A DNA stretch of 52,354 nucleotides from Candidatus Thorarchaeota archaeon (lineage in GTDB: Archaea > Asgardarchaeota > Thorarchaeia > Thorarchaeales > Thorarchaeaceae): the NCBI GenBank assembly GCA_016933575.1, contig JAFGAR010000121.1, positions 1 to 52,354 of the forward strand, in the 5' to 3' direction. Under the pieces are notes generated by a model, which worked only from the letters and a program-made list of their open reading frames with translations, was not told the origin of the DNA and made no database searches. Shown here piece after piece: positions 27,019 to 36,640 of the stretch; within the stretch, counting starts at the first letter, position 1; each line of letters begins with the position of its first letter. The translations under genes and the position numbers were made by a program.

Positions 27019-28281
27019 ATGAAAATGAGCTGTCTAAGTGGATTCTCTCTGTGTTCGTGTGGAGCTAAGGCTCTTGTAGCAATCTTCGTTCTCCTCTTAG
27101 CTGTCCCATCATATCAACCACTTGTATTTGCCTCCAGCTCTTTTCCTATTCCTTCGGAGATGCTGGTTCGTGACTATTGGCCTACAGCTGGTTGGAGAAA
27201 CTCAACCCCCGAGGACCAAGGCATGAGTTCAGCAACATTGGATGCAATGATTACTCACATAGAGGACTCGGACCTAGATGTTCATTCTGTCATCGTGACT
27301 CGTCATGGATATGTTGTACTTGAAGAATATCCAAATCCGTTCCAGGGTCAGAGCCGAACACAGTCATATAACGGAACACACTATCTCTATTCTGTGACAA
27401 AGAGCTTCACATCATGTCTTATTGGGATAGCAATTCAAGAAGGGCTTATTGATAATACAAGCCAGACTGTACTCTCTTTCTTTCCGGATATGACCTTTGA
27501 GAATGTAGATGATTGGAAGGAGCGTATGACCTTATGGGATCTTCTGACCATGAATTCCGGACTCCCTTGGGATGAAACAAGTGCACCTTTTTCATCACCT
27601 GAGAATGATGTCTGGCAGGTCAACTATAATTCGAGTGGTGGAGTTCAATATGTTCTTGATCGACCCATGGAACATGAACCTGATACATATTATCTGTACA
27701 ACACTGGAGCATCCCATGTCCTATCTGGCATTGTTGAGCAAGTAGCCAATATGACGACACTACAGTTTGCTACGCAGTATCTTTTCACCCCTCTCAATAT
27801 CTCTCCAGTCTATTGGCCTACTGACACAAAGGGCGTCAACTTCGGAGGATTCGACCTTCAAATACGACCTCTTGATATGGCAAAGTTTGGATATCTGTAC
27901 TTGAATAATGGTACATGGGATGGACTCGAGATTGTATCTGAGGATTGGGTCCAGAATACAACAACTACTGTAACAACGCTAAGTTCGTCACATAGTTACG
28001 CAGCACAGTGGCATACCATGCCAGATAGAGATGCATACTTTGCAGCGGGACTCTATGGCCAGTACATCTTTGTTGCACCCGAACTTGATATTGTTGCAGT
28101 ATTCACCTCTGGTTATGGATTAAGCGACATTGATGAGAATCCTCAGATGTTCCGTGACTATATCCTTTCAGCAGTGACAGATGCATCCCCGGCGTTTGAT
28201 CCCATGCAAATTGGTTTAATCGTGATTTCTTCTGTTGCTGTACTTGCGATTGTTGTATTGTATATCAAAAAATACAGGTAA
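27019..28281 (+). CDS. Exported serine hydrolase (beta-lactamase class C/AmpC-like family) with C-terminal TM anchor
   Basis: SVTKS (SxxK), LLTMNSGL, YLYNT, AAGLYGQYI; signal peptide; TM followed by KKYR. Confidence 0.9.
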   Translation: MKMSCLSGFSLCSCGAKALVAIFVLLLAVPSYQPLVFASSSFPIPSEMLVRDYWPTAGWRNSTPEDQGMSSATLDAMITHIEDSDLDVHSVIVTRHGYVVLEEYPNPFQGQSRTQSYNGTHYLYSVTKSFTSCLIGIAIQEGLIDNTSQTVLSFFPDMTFENVDDWKERMTLWDLLTMNSGLPWDETSAPFSSPENDVWQVNYNSSGGVQYVLDRPMEHEPDTYYLYNTGASHVLSGIVEQVANMTTLQFATQYLFTPLNISPVYWPTDTKGVNFGGFDLQIRPLDMAKFGYLYLNNGTWDGLEIVSEDWVQNTTTTVTTLSSSHSYAAQWHTMPDRDAYFAAGLYGQYIFVAPELDIVAVFTSGYGLSDIDENPQMFRDYILSAVTDASPAFDPMQIGLIVISSVAVLAIVVLYIKKYR

Positions 28282-28342
28282 TAGGGTCTTAGGCGCAACA
28301 TTGAACTAGGCGTTTCGAGCTATGCAGTATAGGTCGTTCTGC

Positions 28343-28858
28343 ATGACTCCACAATTCCTATACAAGATAGTCACAGTTGGTTCATCCGCTGTTGGGAAAA
28401 CTAGTATAATTCTCAGATATACGACAGGAAAGTTCAGAGAATATTACACACCTACCCTCGGGGCTGATTTCTCAATAAAGACCATGCAGTTCGACCAAAG
28501 CAAGGTCAAGCTACAGATATGGGACCTGGGTTCACAGGATTTCTTAGAGGCTGTCCGATCTGGGTATTATCAAGGCGCTCGAGGTGTGATCTACATGTTT
28601 GACATCACCAGACCTGATACTTTAGAAGAACTCTGGGACTGGAAGAAAGAGGCTGATAAGCATGTTAAAGGCACAGTCAATCTTGTGGTTGGCAACAAGA
28701 CTGACCTCAAGTCTGAGCGTCAAGTTACTTCTGAAGAGGGAATGAAATTTGCAAAGCGATTCATGGCTGATTACCATGAGACCTCTGTGAAGCTTAATGA
28801 CGGTGTTGATGATACTTTCACAACTATTGCTAAGAAGATTGTTGAGAAAGTGGGATAA
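28343..28858 (+). CDS. Rab/Ras-like small GTPase (eukaryotic signature protein)
   Basis: G1 GSSAVGKT, G2 YTPTLG.DF, G3 WDLGSQ, YYQGA, G4 NKTD, G5 TSVK; no C-terminal Cys. Confidence 0.92.
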   Translation: MTPQFLYKIVTVGSSAVGKTSIILRYTTGKFREYYTPTLGADFSIKTMQFDQSKVKLQIWDLGSQDFLEAVRSGYYQGARGVIYMFDITRPDTLEELWDWKKEADKHVKGTVNLVVGNKTDLKSERQVTSEEGMKFAKRFMADYHETSVKLNDGVDDTFTTIAKKIVEKVG

Positions 28859-28948
28859 ATCACTATAGTATATATCTTAACAATAGTGAAAAATATGAGG
28901 GGAGTGCGCGATAATTCTAAAGCGCACCTGGGAAAAGAGATGAGGAAT

Positions 28949-29944
28949 CTATGCGGCACGTTTCTTTGCAATTATTACAATAATGAGAATTGCAAGGACA
29001 CCCACACTACCTATAATTACCGCAGTTGGTATTTCTGAATCTGTAAGGGTATCAGTAGTACCCCATGTTGTATTTCGTACGGTTGGTGAGTTATCAATCA
29101 GCCAACAGGAGATTTGCTGTAAGAGTGGCCACTCTGAATCAGGATCATCAAACGAATCCATGTAATCAGTCCCGTCTCTGTCACTATTCTCTTCATACTC
29201 AAAGTGCGGACTGGAAATGAACAGATTTCCCTCTCCGTATTCAGCTGCAATCATAGCAGGCAAGTTACTATGCGTGTAGTTTGCAATGACGAGGACTTCC
29301 TGATCTTCATCAGGTACAAAATACCTTCCAGTTTCAAATAGCACAGAGAGGTTTGCTGGCATATCTGATAGGTCTGGTCCTGCGCAACCATGGTTTATTG
29401 ATACATTTGTCATGACTTCGTCGGGAAGGTCTGTTACTTCAATTGATGTTCCATTGATGAGAGCAAGATTAAAGGTTGTATTCGAGAGCTCGAAGTATGA
29501 ATCTCTCACAGCAATAGCAGCGCTTCCGCGAACCCCGATATACGACCCACCAAGGGCGACCCAATCCCTAATCAGCTCGATACCATCATCTGTAAGTCTG
29601 TATTCGATTGTAGGTCCAAGCCCCTCAGGAATCGCAAGCAGTTCACATCCCCAGATTGCTCCATTAAGAAGCTCTGTTGTGTTGAATTTGATGACTGTAG
29701 CATTCATCCAAGTGAACATGTTCTCTAGGGCTTTCCTGCTCTCATTGACGCGAGGGTCGACATAACTGAAGTAGCTCTCATAGATACCAACAGTAATGCC
29801 GCTCAAATCTGTATCAGTATCGCTGATCTGATGCATTGACCTGACAGCGATTGCTTGACTCATACTTGCATTTGATGCAGAAACATAGCCCGGAATTAGA
29901 ATAATTGACAAAAGTAGTAATGGGACAAGTTCTATTTTTTTCAT
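28949..29944 (-). CDS. Exported BPL_N / class I glutamine amidotransferase-like domain protein with C-terminal TM anchor
   Basis: IRDWVALGGSYIG, YGEGNLFISSPHFE; signal peptide; TM plus KKR. Confidence 0.7.
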   Translation of the reverse strand: MKKIELVPLLLLSIILIPGYVSASNASMSQAIAVRSMHQISDTDTDLSGITVGIYESYFSYVDPRVNESRKALENMFTWMNATVIKFNTTELLNGAIWGCELLAIPEGLGPTIEYRLTDDGIELIRDWVALGGSYIGVRGSAAIAVRDSYFELSNTTFNLALINGTSIEVTDLPDEVMTNVSINHGCAGPDLSDMPANLSVLFETGRYFVPDEDQEVLVIANYTHSNLPAMIAAEYGEGNLFISSPHFEYEENSDRDGTDYMDSFDDPDSEWPLLQQISCWLIDNSPTVRNTTWGTTDTLTDSEIPTAVIIGSVGVLAILIIVIIAKKRAA

Positions 29945-30049
29945 TTTGTGTAATCGAACTCCATTTTGATATCATGGAGTAAGTAGATACTATATACAAT
30001 ATGACTACTGCTCGACGCAAGTTTTTGATTAGTCTTTTTTTTAAAAAAT

Positions 30050-31033
30050 TCAGAGTCGTGGCACTATTTTGTCTTTTAGTAATTTGATTGTGTCTAATCC
30101 ATTTTTCCGAAGGTCGCCCATCATAGGGAGCCCAAGAATGATGATATCCGCTTCATTCTTGTACTTCGCGATCTTCTCAACAGCCTCATCTATAGTGCCT
30201 GAAACATACTTCGAAAGCATGACCTCTAAGACCTTTGGTCTTACTTCATCAGGTATCTCTGTGAACAACCAGTGTTGATTCAGAAGTTCCTTCTTTCTTT
30301 TTTCAAAATCATCAGTATCCTCCCCAATTACTGATGCACAAAGATAGATTGACCATTTCAATTCATCAAAGTCACGACCAACTCTCTCGCACATTTCTCT
30401 CATGCGGATCTTTTTCGCTGCAAAGTCCGCCGGCGTTTCCGAATCATAGTTCAATCCGTCAGCATAACGGGCTATAGTTTCCTCCATTATCGGAGTCTTC
30501 AGCTTTTGATTTCCAACCCAGATAGGAATACGGGGTTTCTGCACTGGTTTCGGAAGGAACATGGTCTCTTTGATGCGATAATACTCTCCCTCAAAGCTCG
30601 GTCTCTCTTCAGTCCAGAGGAGATTGATGATTTGAATTGCCTCTCTCAACTGACGAATTCTCGTTTTAACCGAAGGAAATGGATAGCCATATGCCTCATA
30701 CTCTGATTCCTTCCACCCTGCTCCGATACCAAAGTCTATCCTTCCATTCGATGCGTTATCCAAGGTCGCTGCAATCTTTGCTAAATGTGCTGGATTTCTA
30801 TATGATTGGCAGGTTACCACTGTTCCCAAGCGAATACGTTCTGTCTGTGGAGTCAATAATGCAAGCAGTGTCCATGCATCATGGGCATGTTTCTCCACAC
30901 TCTCAACATTTCCAAAGAAGTGATCTGAGACTGTGAAGCTGTAAAATCCAGCATCTTCAGCAGCTTTTGCAAGGATGACAACGTCCTCGTACGTATACCC
31001 CATCTGTGGTTCGATCTGAATTCCAATCTTCAT
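30050..31033 (-). CDS. LLM-class (probable F420-dependent) oxidoreductase
   Basis: VSDHF, DAWTLLA, YRNPAHLAKIAATLD..S.GRI.FGIGAGW..E, PKPVQKPRIPIWVG; start MKIGIQIEPQ at 31033. Confidence 0.92.
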   Translation of the reverse strand: MKIGIQIEPQMGYTYEDVVILAKAAEDAGFYSFTVSDHFFGNVESVEKHAHDAWTLLALLTPQTERIRLGTVVTCQSYRNPAHLAKIAATLDNASNGRIDFGIGAGWKESEYEAYGYPFPSVKTRIRQLREAIQIINLLWTEERPSFEGEYYRIKETMFLPKPVQKPRIPIWVGNQKLKTPIMEETIARYADGLNYDSETPADFAAKKIRMREMCERVGRDFDELKWSIYLCASVIGEDTDDFEKRKKELLNQHWLFTEIPDEVRPKVLEVMLSKYVSGTIDEAVEKIAKYKNEADIIILGLPMMGDLRKNGLDTIKLLKDKIVPRL

Positions 31034-31199
31034 TCCAACCACCCGAATGATATTCTTTTTTCCATTCCTAAGCAAAATAAGTTACTATTTCTACGCAACA
31101 ATAGTTAGCCGAATGCTATTTATGAGGGATTTTTCCAGCCATGACCTGCATTCGACAATTCACGATTCAGCTCTTTTGGCTGATAACGGAGGATTATAG

Positions 31200-32717
31200 T
31201 TGAGTAACTACAACAAGGTCACTGATGAAGTGGTCAAGAAACTGGTGGCTATCTGTGGCGAGAAATATGTCACGACCAGTGAACCTCTTCGTCATTCATA
31301 CATGGCGCGCGGCATCATGGGTCTCGAAGCTGAGCTCCCAGAGGTCATTGTGAGGCCTGAGAACGCAGAACAGGTTTCTAAGATCCTCATTGTAGCTAAT
31401 GAGAACCTCTCTCCCGTCACACCTGCAGCTGGTGGTCTCAGTGGAGGCTTTGCACTCCCTGCCATTCAGCCTGGTGGTATCTACATGGACATGACTAGAA
31501 TGGATAAGATGACAGTTGATACTGAGAATCGAGTCATGGTCGTAGAGCCCGGTGTAAAGTCCGGTGATGCCTGGAGAATTTTCAAGACACAATATCCTGA
31601 CTGGGCTCCTCCAATTCCTGATGGTGCTCCCCCTGCAGCCACAGTGCTGGGTGATGCTATTGAGCGAGGATTCAGTCTGGTGACTGGAGTATATGGGCCT
31701 CAAGCTGATATGATTATGGGTTTGGAAGTAGTCCTGCCAACAGGTGAGATCTTCCACACTGGTTCGTGGGCACTACCCGGTGCAAAGCCATTCTATCGGT
31801 GGGGTGTCGGTCCTAACCCAGACGGTCTCTTCCTTGGTTCGCAGGGCTCGATGGGTATCATTACCAAATGTGCAATCAAGATGGTTCCTCATCCCCACTA
31901 CAAGACAGTTGTTGCGTATGGTGGCGAGTCATGGGATGACGTCGTCAAACCTGCCTGGGAGATCTCCAAACATGAGATGGGCATTAGTGAACGCACAGTC
32001 ATGGTTCAAGGTGGGAACTACGAACTTGTTATGACCCGCTGGCCAAAGACTAACGTACCTATCGACTACGAGTTCTACAAGAAGATTGGTGTAGACAGAA
32101 AATGGATGAACTATGAGGTCTGGGCATGGTCCCAAGAAGAGCTTGACTTCACCCTGAAGGGTATTGACAAGGTCTACAAGGACTACGAGGTTCGTGAGAA
32201 GCGTACAACGCCTCAACAGCAGTTGCATCCCAAGCAGGTAGCTTCGCGACTGAAGAAACCTAACAAGATTGCAATTCCATATTCCCTCTGGCAGGCTGGA
32301 TTCCTCTTCATCACATGGTATTGTCCATGGCTTGAGTCCAGTGCGATGATGGATGAGTACTGTGCAGCAATGGCAGATTATGGGTTCCCTGAAACAATGT
32401 GGGTTGCTTCCATTGACCATGCAAGGCAAGCAATTGTAATGCCAATTCTCTGTTTCGACACCAACGAGCCTGGTATCTATGACAAGATCCGTGAGTTCAA
32501 TCTTGAGACTACACGAAGTTTCCTAAAGAAGGGCTGGATTAACTATCGTCCTGATCCTTTTGTCCACGCTCCAGAGACCTTCTCCAAGGCTAAGGAGTAC
32601 TACAAAATGTTGGTCAAGTTCCGCAAGGTCCTCGACCCGAACCTGATACTGCACCCAGGTCGTCTCGCAATCCCATGGGAGAGCGTTTCGGACCTTCCCA
32701 ACCCCGCTAAGGAGTGA
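31200..32717 (+). CDS. FAD-binding oxidoreductase (GlcD/VAO-PCMH family)
   Basis: PEVIVRP, VVEPGV, MGLEVVLPTG, GSQGSMGIITK, LDPNLILHPG. Confidence 0.9.
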   Translation: MSNYNKVTDEVVKKLVAICGEKYVTTSEPLRHSYMARGIMGLEAELPEVIVRPENAEQVSKILIVANENLSPVTPAAGGLSGGFALPAIQPGGIYMDMTRMDKMTVDTENRVMVVEPGVKSGDAWRIFKTQYPDWAPPIPDGAPPAATVLGDAIERGFSLVTGVYGPQADMIMGLEVVLPTGEIFHTGSWALPGAKPFYRWGVGPNPDGLFLGSQGSMGIITKCAIKMVPHPHYKTVVAYGGESWDDVVKPAWEISKHEMGISERTVMVQGGNYELVMTRWPKTNVPIDYEFYKKIGVDRKWMNYEVWAWSQEELDFTLKGIDKVYKDYEVREKRTTPQQQLHPKQVASRLKKPNKIAIPYSLWQAGFLFITWYCPWLESSAMMDEYCAAMADYGFPETMWVASIDHARQAIVMPILCFDTNEPGIYDKIREFNLETTRSFLKKGWINYRPDPFVHAPETFSKAKEYYKMLVKFRKVLDPNLILHPGRLAIPWESVSDLPNPAKE

Positions 32718-32789
32718 AACCAAAAGTGGGCGAATATGTTACAAAACGTAACGTTATTAATGAAAGAATGAAAGGGAGGAAAGATTGAG

Positions 32790-34106
32790 ATGACAAGTCT
32801 AGAAAACCTTCGTAATGTCAATGCACGTTGTATCCACTGCCGTGCCTGTCAGTACGCCTACTCTGGAGAACCTGATAAGGAAGGAAAGGATGAGGTGTAC
32901 ACCGGAATGCTTCAAGGCTGCCCGGCAGGTCTCTATTATGGATGGGAGGGATACTTTAACAGCGGCAAACAATGGATGGCCCGCGCATTTCTGAACGGAG
33001 AGCTTCCTGCGAGTCGCGAACTTCTTGAGGTTGCTGAAGCCTGTACAACTTGTGGTATGTGTGAAACTCAATGCCCCAACTATATAGACACGGTCCATGT
33101 GACTGAGGAACTTAGGGCTGCAATCATTGAGGCTGGAATTGAACCACTTGATAAACACAAGAAGTTTGGAGAGATGGTCAGCACAGAGGATATGAGAAAT
33201 CCCTACAAGGAGGCTCGGAGTGACCGTACCAAGTGGGCTCAGGAGAAACATGCAGAACAAATCGATAAAGATGTGAAGATTGGCTACTTTGTAGGTTGTA
33301 CTGGTGCATATCGCCAACAACAAGTAGCTGACCACACAGCATCAATTCTCAAGAAACTTGGTGTTGACTTTACAATCGTATCTGAAGAGGTCTGTTGCGG
33401 TTCCCCCATCCTGAGAACTGGTCAGAAAGACGTCTTCGAGGATGTCATGAATCAGAACCTTGAGATCTTCAAGGACTTTGACCTCCTACTCTTCTCATGT
33501 GCAGGTTGTTACAAGACCATTCGAAACGACTATCCGCGTATCAGTGGGAAACCTTTGCCTTTCAAGACAAGGCACACAGTCGAGTATGTCTATGACCTGT
33601 TGCAAGAAGGAAAACTGAAGATCAACAATCAGTACAACAAGAAGGTCACCTGGCATGATCCCTGTCATAGTGTCCGGCATGTTGGTATTGCCATTGAGAA
33701 AGAGATTCTCCGTAATTCAAAGAACTGGCTTCTTGATAGCCGAGGTGCTGAGAAAGCAAAGATGGAACACTACGAGATCCCCCGTGTTGTTCTTGGTGCT
33801 ATTCCTGGTATCGAACTGAGTGAGATGTACCGTATCAAGGGTGACTCATTCTGTTGTGGTGCAGGAGGAGGTGTTAAGGCACAATTTCCAGACATGGCAC
33901 TCTCAACAGCTAAGGAGCGTCTAAAAGAAGCAGCATCAACAGGTGCTGATATTCTGATGACCTCATGTCCCTTCTGTATCACTAACTTCAATGATGGAAT
34001 CAAGGCGTTGAAGAAGGAAGAAGAAGAGACCGGTAAGGACCTCTCAGCAATTGGGTCTAAGCTTAGAGTTGTAGAACTTCTCGAAGTACTTGATGAATTG
34101 CTTTAA
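32790..34106 (+). CDS. Fe-S/CCG-domain protein (HdrD/GlcF-like), partner of the FAD oxidoreductase
   Basis: CIHCRAC, CTTCGMCETQCP, YFVGC, VCCG, HDPC, FCCGAGGG, SCPFC. Confidence 0.9.
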   Translation: MTSLENLRNVNARCIHCRACQYAYSGEPDKEGKDEVYTGMLQGCPAGLYYGWEGYFNSGKQWMARAFLNGELPASRELLEVAEACTTCGMCETQCPNYIDTVHVTEELRAAIIEAGIEPLDKHKKFGEMVSTEDMRNPYKEARSDRTKWAQEKHAEQIDKDVKIGYFVGCTGAYRQQQVADHTASILKKLGVDFTIVSEEVCCGSPILRTGQKDVFEDVMNQNLEIFKDFDLLLFSCAGCYKTIRNDYPRISGKPLPFKTRHTVEYVYDLLQEGKLKINNQYNKKVTWHDPCHSVRHVGIAIEKEILRNSKNWLLDSRGAEKAKMEHYEIPRVVLGAIPGIELSEMYRIKGDSFCCGAGGGVKAQFPDMALSTAKERLKEAASTGADILMTSCPFCITNFNDGIKALKKEEEETGKDLSAIGSKLRVVELLEVLDELL

Positions 34107-34118
34107 TCCGTTTGAAAC

Positions 34119-34153
34119 GACCCTACTCATTGTAGGGTCTTCACTTCTTTTTT
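34119..34153 (+). terminator. Hairpin plus T-tract terminator
   Basis: GACCCTAC-tcatt-GTAGGGTC followed by TTCACTTCTTTTTT, just after the stop at 34106. Confidence 0.6.
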
Positions 34154-34279
34154 CATTTGAGCCATAGCTATTAGACATTGTCATAGACTCTGTTAATAGA
34201 GACGAACATTGAAGACTTCAGCTAGAATCTTTTTCCACTACATTTTCGCTTATGCTTTGTTAGGGATTCATAGGGATTT

Positions 34280-34867
34280 CTATGTCAAAGGTTGTCCACA
34301 ACTGGGACATGTTTTGGCTTGAGGTGAAATACCTTTTTTGCCACAATATGGGCAATCAACTGAGTCAAAAGGAACTTTTTCACTGTCATATCCTGGAGAT
34401 GCCTTTGTTCCAGAATATGTTTTCCTTACAACATCAATGCCAGCTAACATGGCAAAAATCCCTCCAAGAATGGTTGGGATTAGTCCAAATATCACCAATC
34501 CTCCTGAAGACTCCATGTACAGAAAGCTATTGATCAAAGCTAGCAGAATAGCTCCAATTCCTGCCATGAGTCCACAGGTTATTCCATTCGCGGTTTCGAC
34601 ACCTCTCTGAGCGTATCCTCCTCCGATAGGTCTGTCTACTGTTGCTGTGACTCCAAAACCAGTCCAAGCAAATATCGCTCCAACAAAAAATACAGCTCCA
34701 AAGACTAAGACAATCCATTGTACTCCACTAAGAGCTTGTTGTACGTATGGAAAATCCTCTAGTAATCCTAAGGCAAATGAAATCACTCCATATTGTACAA
34801 ACATCAGTATTGCTGCAACAATATACAGGTAAGCTGCTCTTCTTGATTTTGCAGTTTGCATTGTCAA
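34280..34867 (-). CDS. Four-TM membrane protein with C-terminal zinc ribbon
   Basis: Four hydrophobic segments; CPYC...CPSC. Confidence 0.8.
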   Translation of the reverse strand: MTMQTAKSRRAAYLYIVAAILMFVQYGVISFALGLLEDFPYVQQALSGVQWIVLVFGAVFFVGAIFAWTGFGVTATVDRPIGGGYAQRGVETANGITCGLMAGIGAILLALINSFLYMESSGGLVIFGLIPTILGGIFAMLAGIDVVRKTYSGTKASPGYDSEKVPFDSVDCPYCGKKGISPQAKTCPSCGQPLT

Positions 34868-34971
34868 CTGTTTCTCCCATCCTAGCCAATATCGGCTGAA
34901 AACGGTAGTACATCGTGGGAGATAAATATACTTAATTCAAAATTTTGACTGTTTTTTTGATTAATTCATTT

Positions 34972-35679
34972 TCATGTTGAATCTGACAAAGTGAAAATTT
35001 CTCCCTCTTTTAGAGAAACGAATTTCGTCTTTGTTCCAACAATTCCTTTTTCAAAATCATCCACACTGTTATCCCAGGTATGCATTGGAATCACGACTTT
35101 TGGTTTGATAATCTTGGTAGCTTCCACTGCATCCTTGTTGTCCATTGTATACGTATCACCGCAGGGGAGAAGTGCCACGTCTACAGCACCTATCTCTTTC
35201 ATCTCAGGGATGACATCGGTGTCGCCAGCAAAGTAGATTGCTTTGTCTTTGATTTTCAGAAGATATCCAACACCAAATCCTTTGGGATGAAATAGTTTCC
35301 CTGGTGATCGAAATCGTTTTACATTATAGGCATGAACGGCTTCAATGGTTATTCCTTGAACCGTAGACTTCTCTCCTGGTTTGAGTGATAAAAATTCGTA
35401 TTCTAGCTTCTCACCACAGTTCTCAGGTGCAATTACCTTGGTTCCCTCTTTTCTGACCTCATCAATTGCCTGCGGGAAGCAATGATCGTTATGGCTGTGC
35501 GTGACAAGTATGATAGAAGCTGGATCAAGATTGTCAGGGACTCGTTCCCTCAGTTGTTTTGACCTATACAAGTCCAAGTAGATTATCTTTTCATCTGCCT
35601 TTATCTGGAAGCTTGCATGTCCTAACCAACGTATAGTGATTGACACTCTTTTCACCTTGAACTCTTGTGAAAACCCCAC
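34972..35679 (-). CDS. Metallo-beta-lactamase-fold hydrolase
   Basis: WLGHASF, THSHNDH, YFAGDT, VIPMH. Confidence 0.92.
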   Translation of the reverse strand: MGFSQEFKVKRVSITIRWLGHASFQIKADEKIIYLDLYRSKQLRERVPDNLDPASIILVTHSHNDHCFPQAIDEVRKEGTKVIAPENCGEKLEYEFLSLKPGEKSTVQGITIEAVHAYNVKRFRSPGKLFHPKGFGVGYLLKIKDKAIYFAGDTDVIPEMKEIGAVDVALLPCGDTYTMDNKDAVEATKIIKPKVVIPMHTWDNSVDDFEKGIVGTKTKFVSLKEGEIFTLSDST

Positions 35680-35774
35680 AAACTAATTTGCATTACTATA
35701 TACTGCTTATAAAATTGCTAATTGACAATACTACCATTATTGTAATCTGTGTGCTATTGTGAGCATTAGTGAGT

Positions 35775-36524
35775 CTAGCAACCTTTTCCATATTCGACAT
35801 GTTCTTGGTCTTCATATTGATCCTCTGGCTTCCGGTCTACCCTTGTGTCCCTTCTGTCTTCCCATCCAATACAAAAACCTCCGAGGAGAACAAAGAAACT
35901 ACCCACTAGAAAGAAGAATTGGTAGGTACTCCAATCAATGATCTCCGGTTGAAATGATGACTGGATTGGTTGTGAGAGTCTAAGATTACAATATTGATCT
36001 CCGTCTTGAATTTCCCCGTATTCATATGTTGTTCTGTTGACAAGTACGACATAACTTCCCGGGTCGAGATCTACTTCTTTTTCTGTGAAAACCGATGATT
36101 CTGTTGCAAGAGCTGTCAAATTGACTAAAATCGATTCAACAACAATATTGTCTAGACAGAAATCAAATACTGTAATGATATACTCCCCTGGTTGTAAATA
36201 ACTGTCTACACGAATCTGAACCTCATCCTCATACACAATGTCTGGCGTATAGACATTGAAGCGAAAAGTGGAATCTGAACCAATATAGCTTGAATAGCTA
36301 TTGATTCCATGATACTGCGACATAGGTACAAAACCCAGTTCTAGAATGAGAAACAACGATATGACAAAGACAATCGCAGGCAAGAGAAGTGGGAGGCGTT
36401 GAAAGGTCCCACGAGTCCCAGGCTTGCTTCTCAACCTGGAGAAGGCACTCCATACAAGTGCTATGATTGCGAAAAATCCTGCAGTGGTCAGAACCTGTAC
36501 AAAACTATCTAGCGCTACTCCCAT
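35775..36524 (-). CDS. Hypothetical three-TM membrane protein with an extracellular beta domain
   Basis: Two N-terminal and one C-terminal hydrophobic helices. Confidence 0.7.
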   Translation of the reverse strand: MGVALDSFVQVLTTAGFFAIIALVWSAFSRLRSKPGTRGTFQRLPLLLPAIVFVISLFLILELGFVPMSQYHGINSYSSYIGSDSTFRFNVYTPDIVYEDEVQIRVDSYLQPGEYIITVFDFCLDNIVVESILVNLTALATESSVFTEKEVDLDPGSYVVLVNRTTYEYGEIQDGDQYCNLRLSQPIQSSFQPEIIDWSTYQFFFLVGSFFVLLGGFCIGWEDRRDTRVDRKPEDQYEDQEHVEYGKGC

Positions 36525-36640
36525 TTTGCCTCATGTTATTTAGGGCACGAATGGATTTTAACTCTTGCAAAAATTTGTTAAAATAAAGAATGAGACTCCA
36601 ATGATTGGAGTCTCGCTCAAGCATTGAAAGTTCTGTCTTT

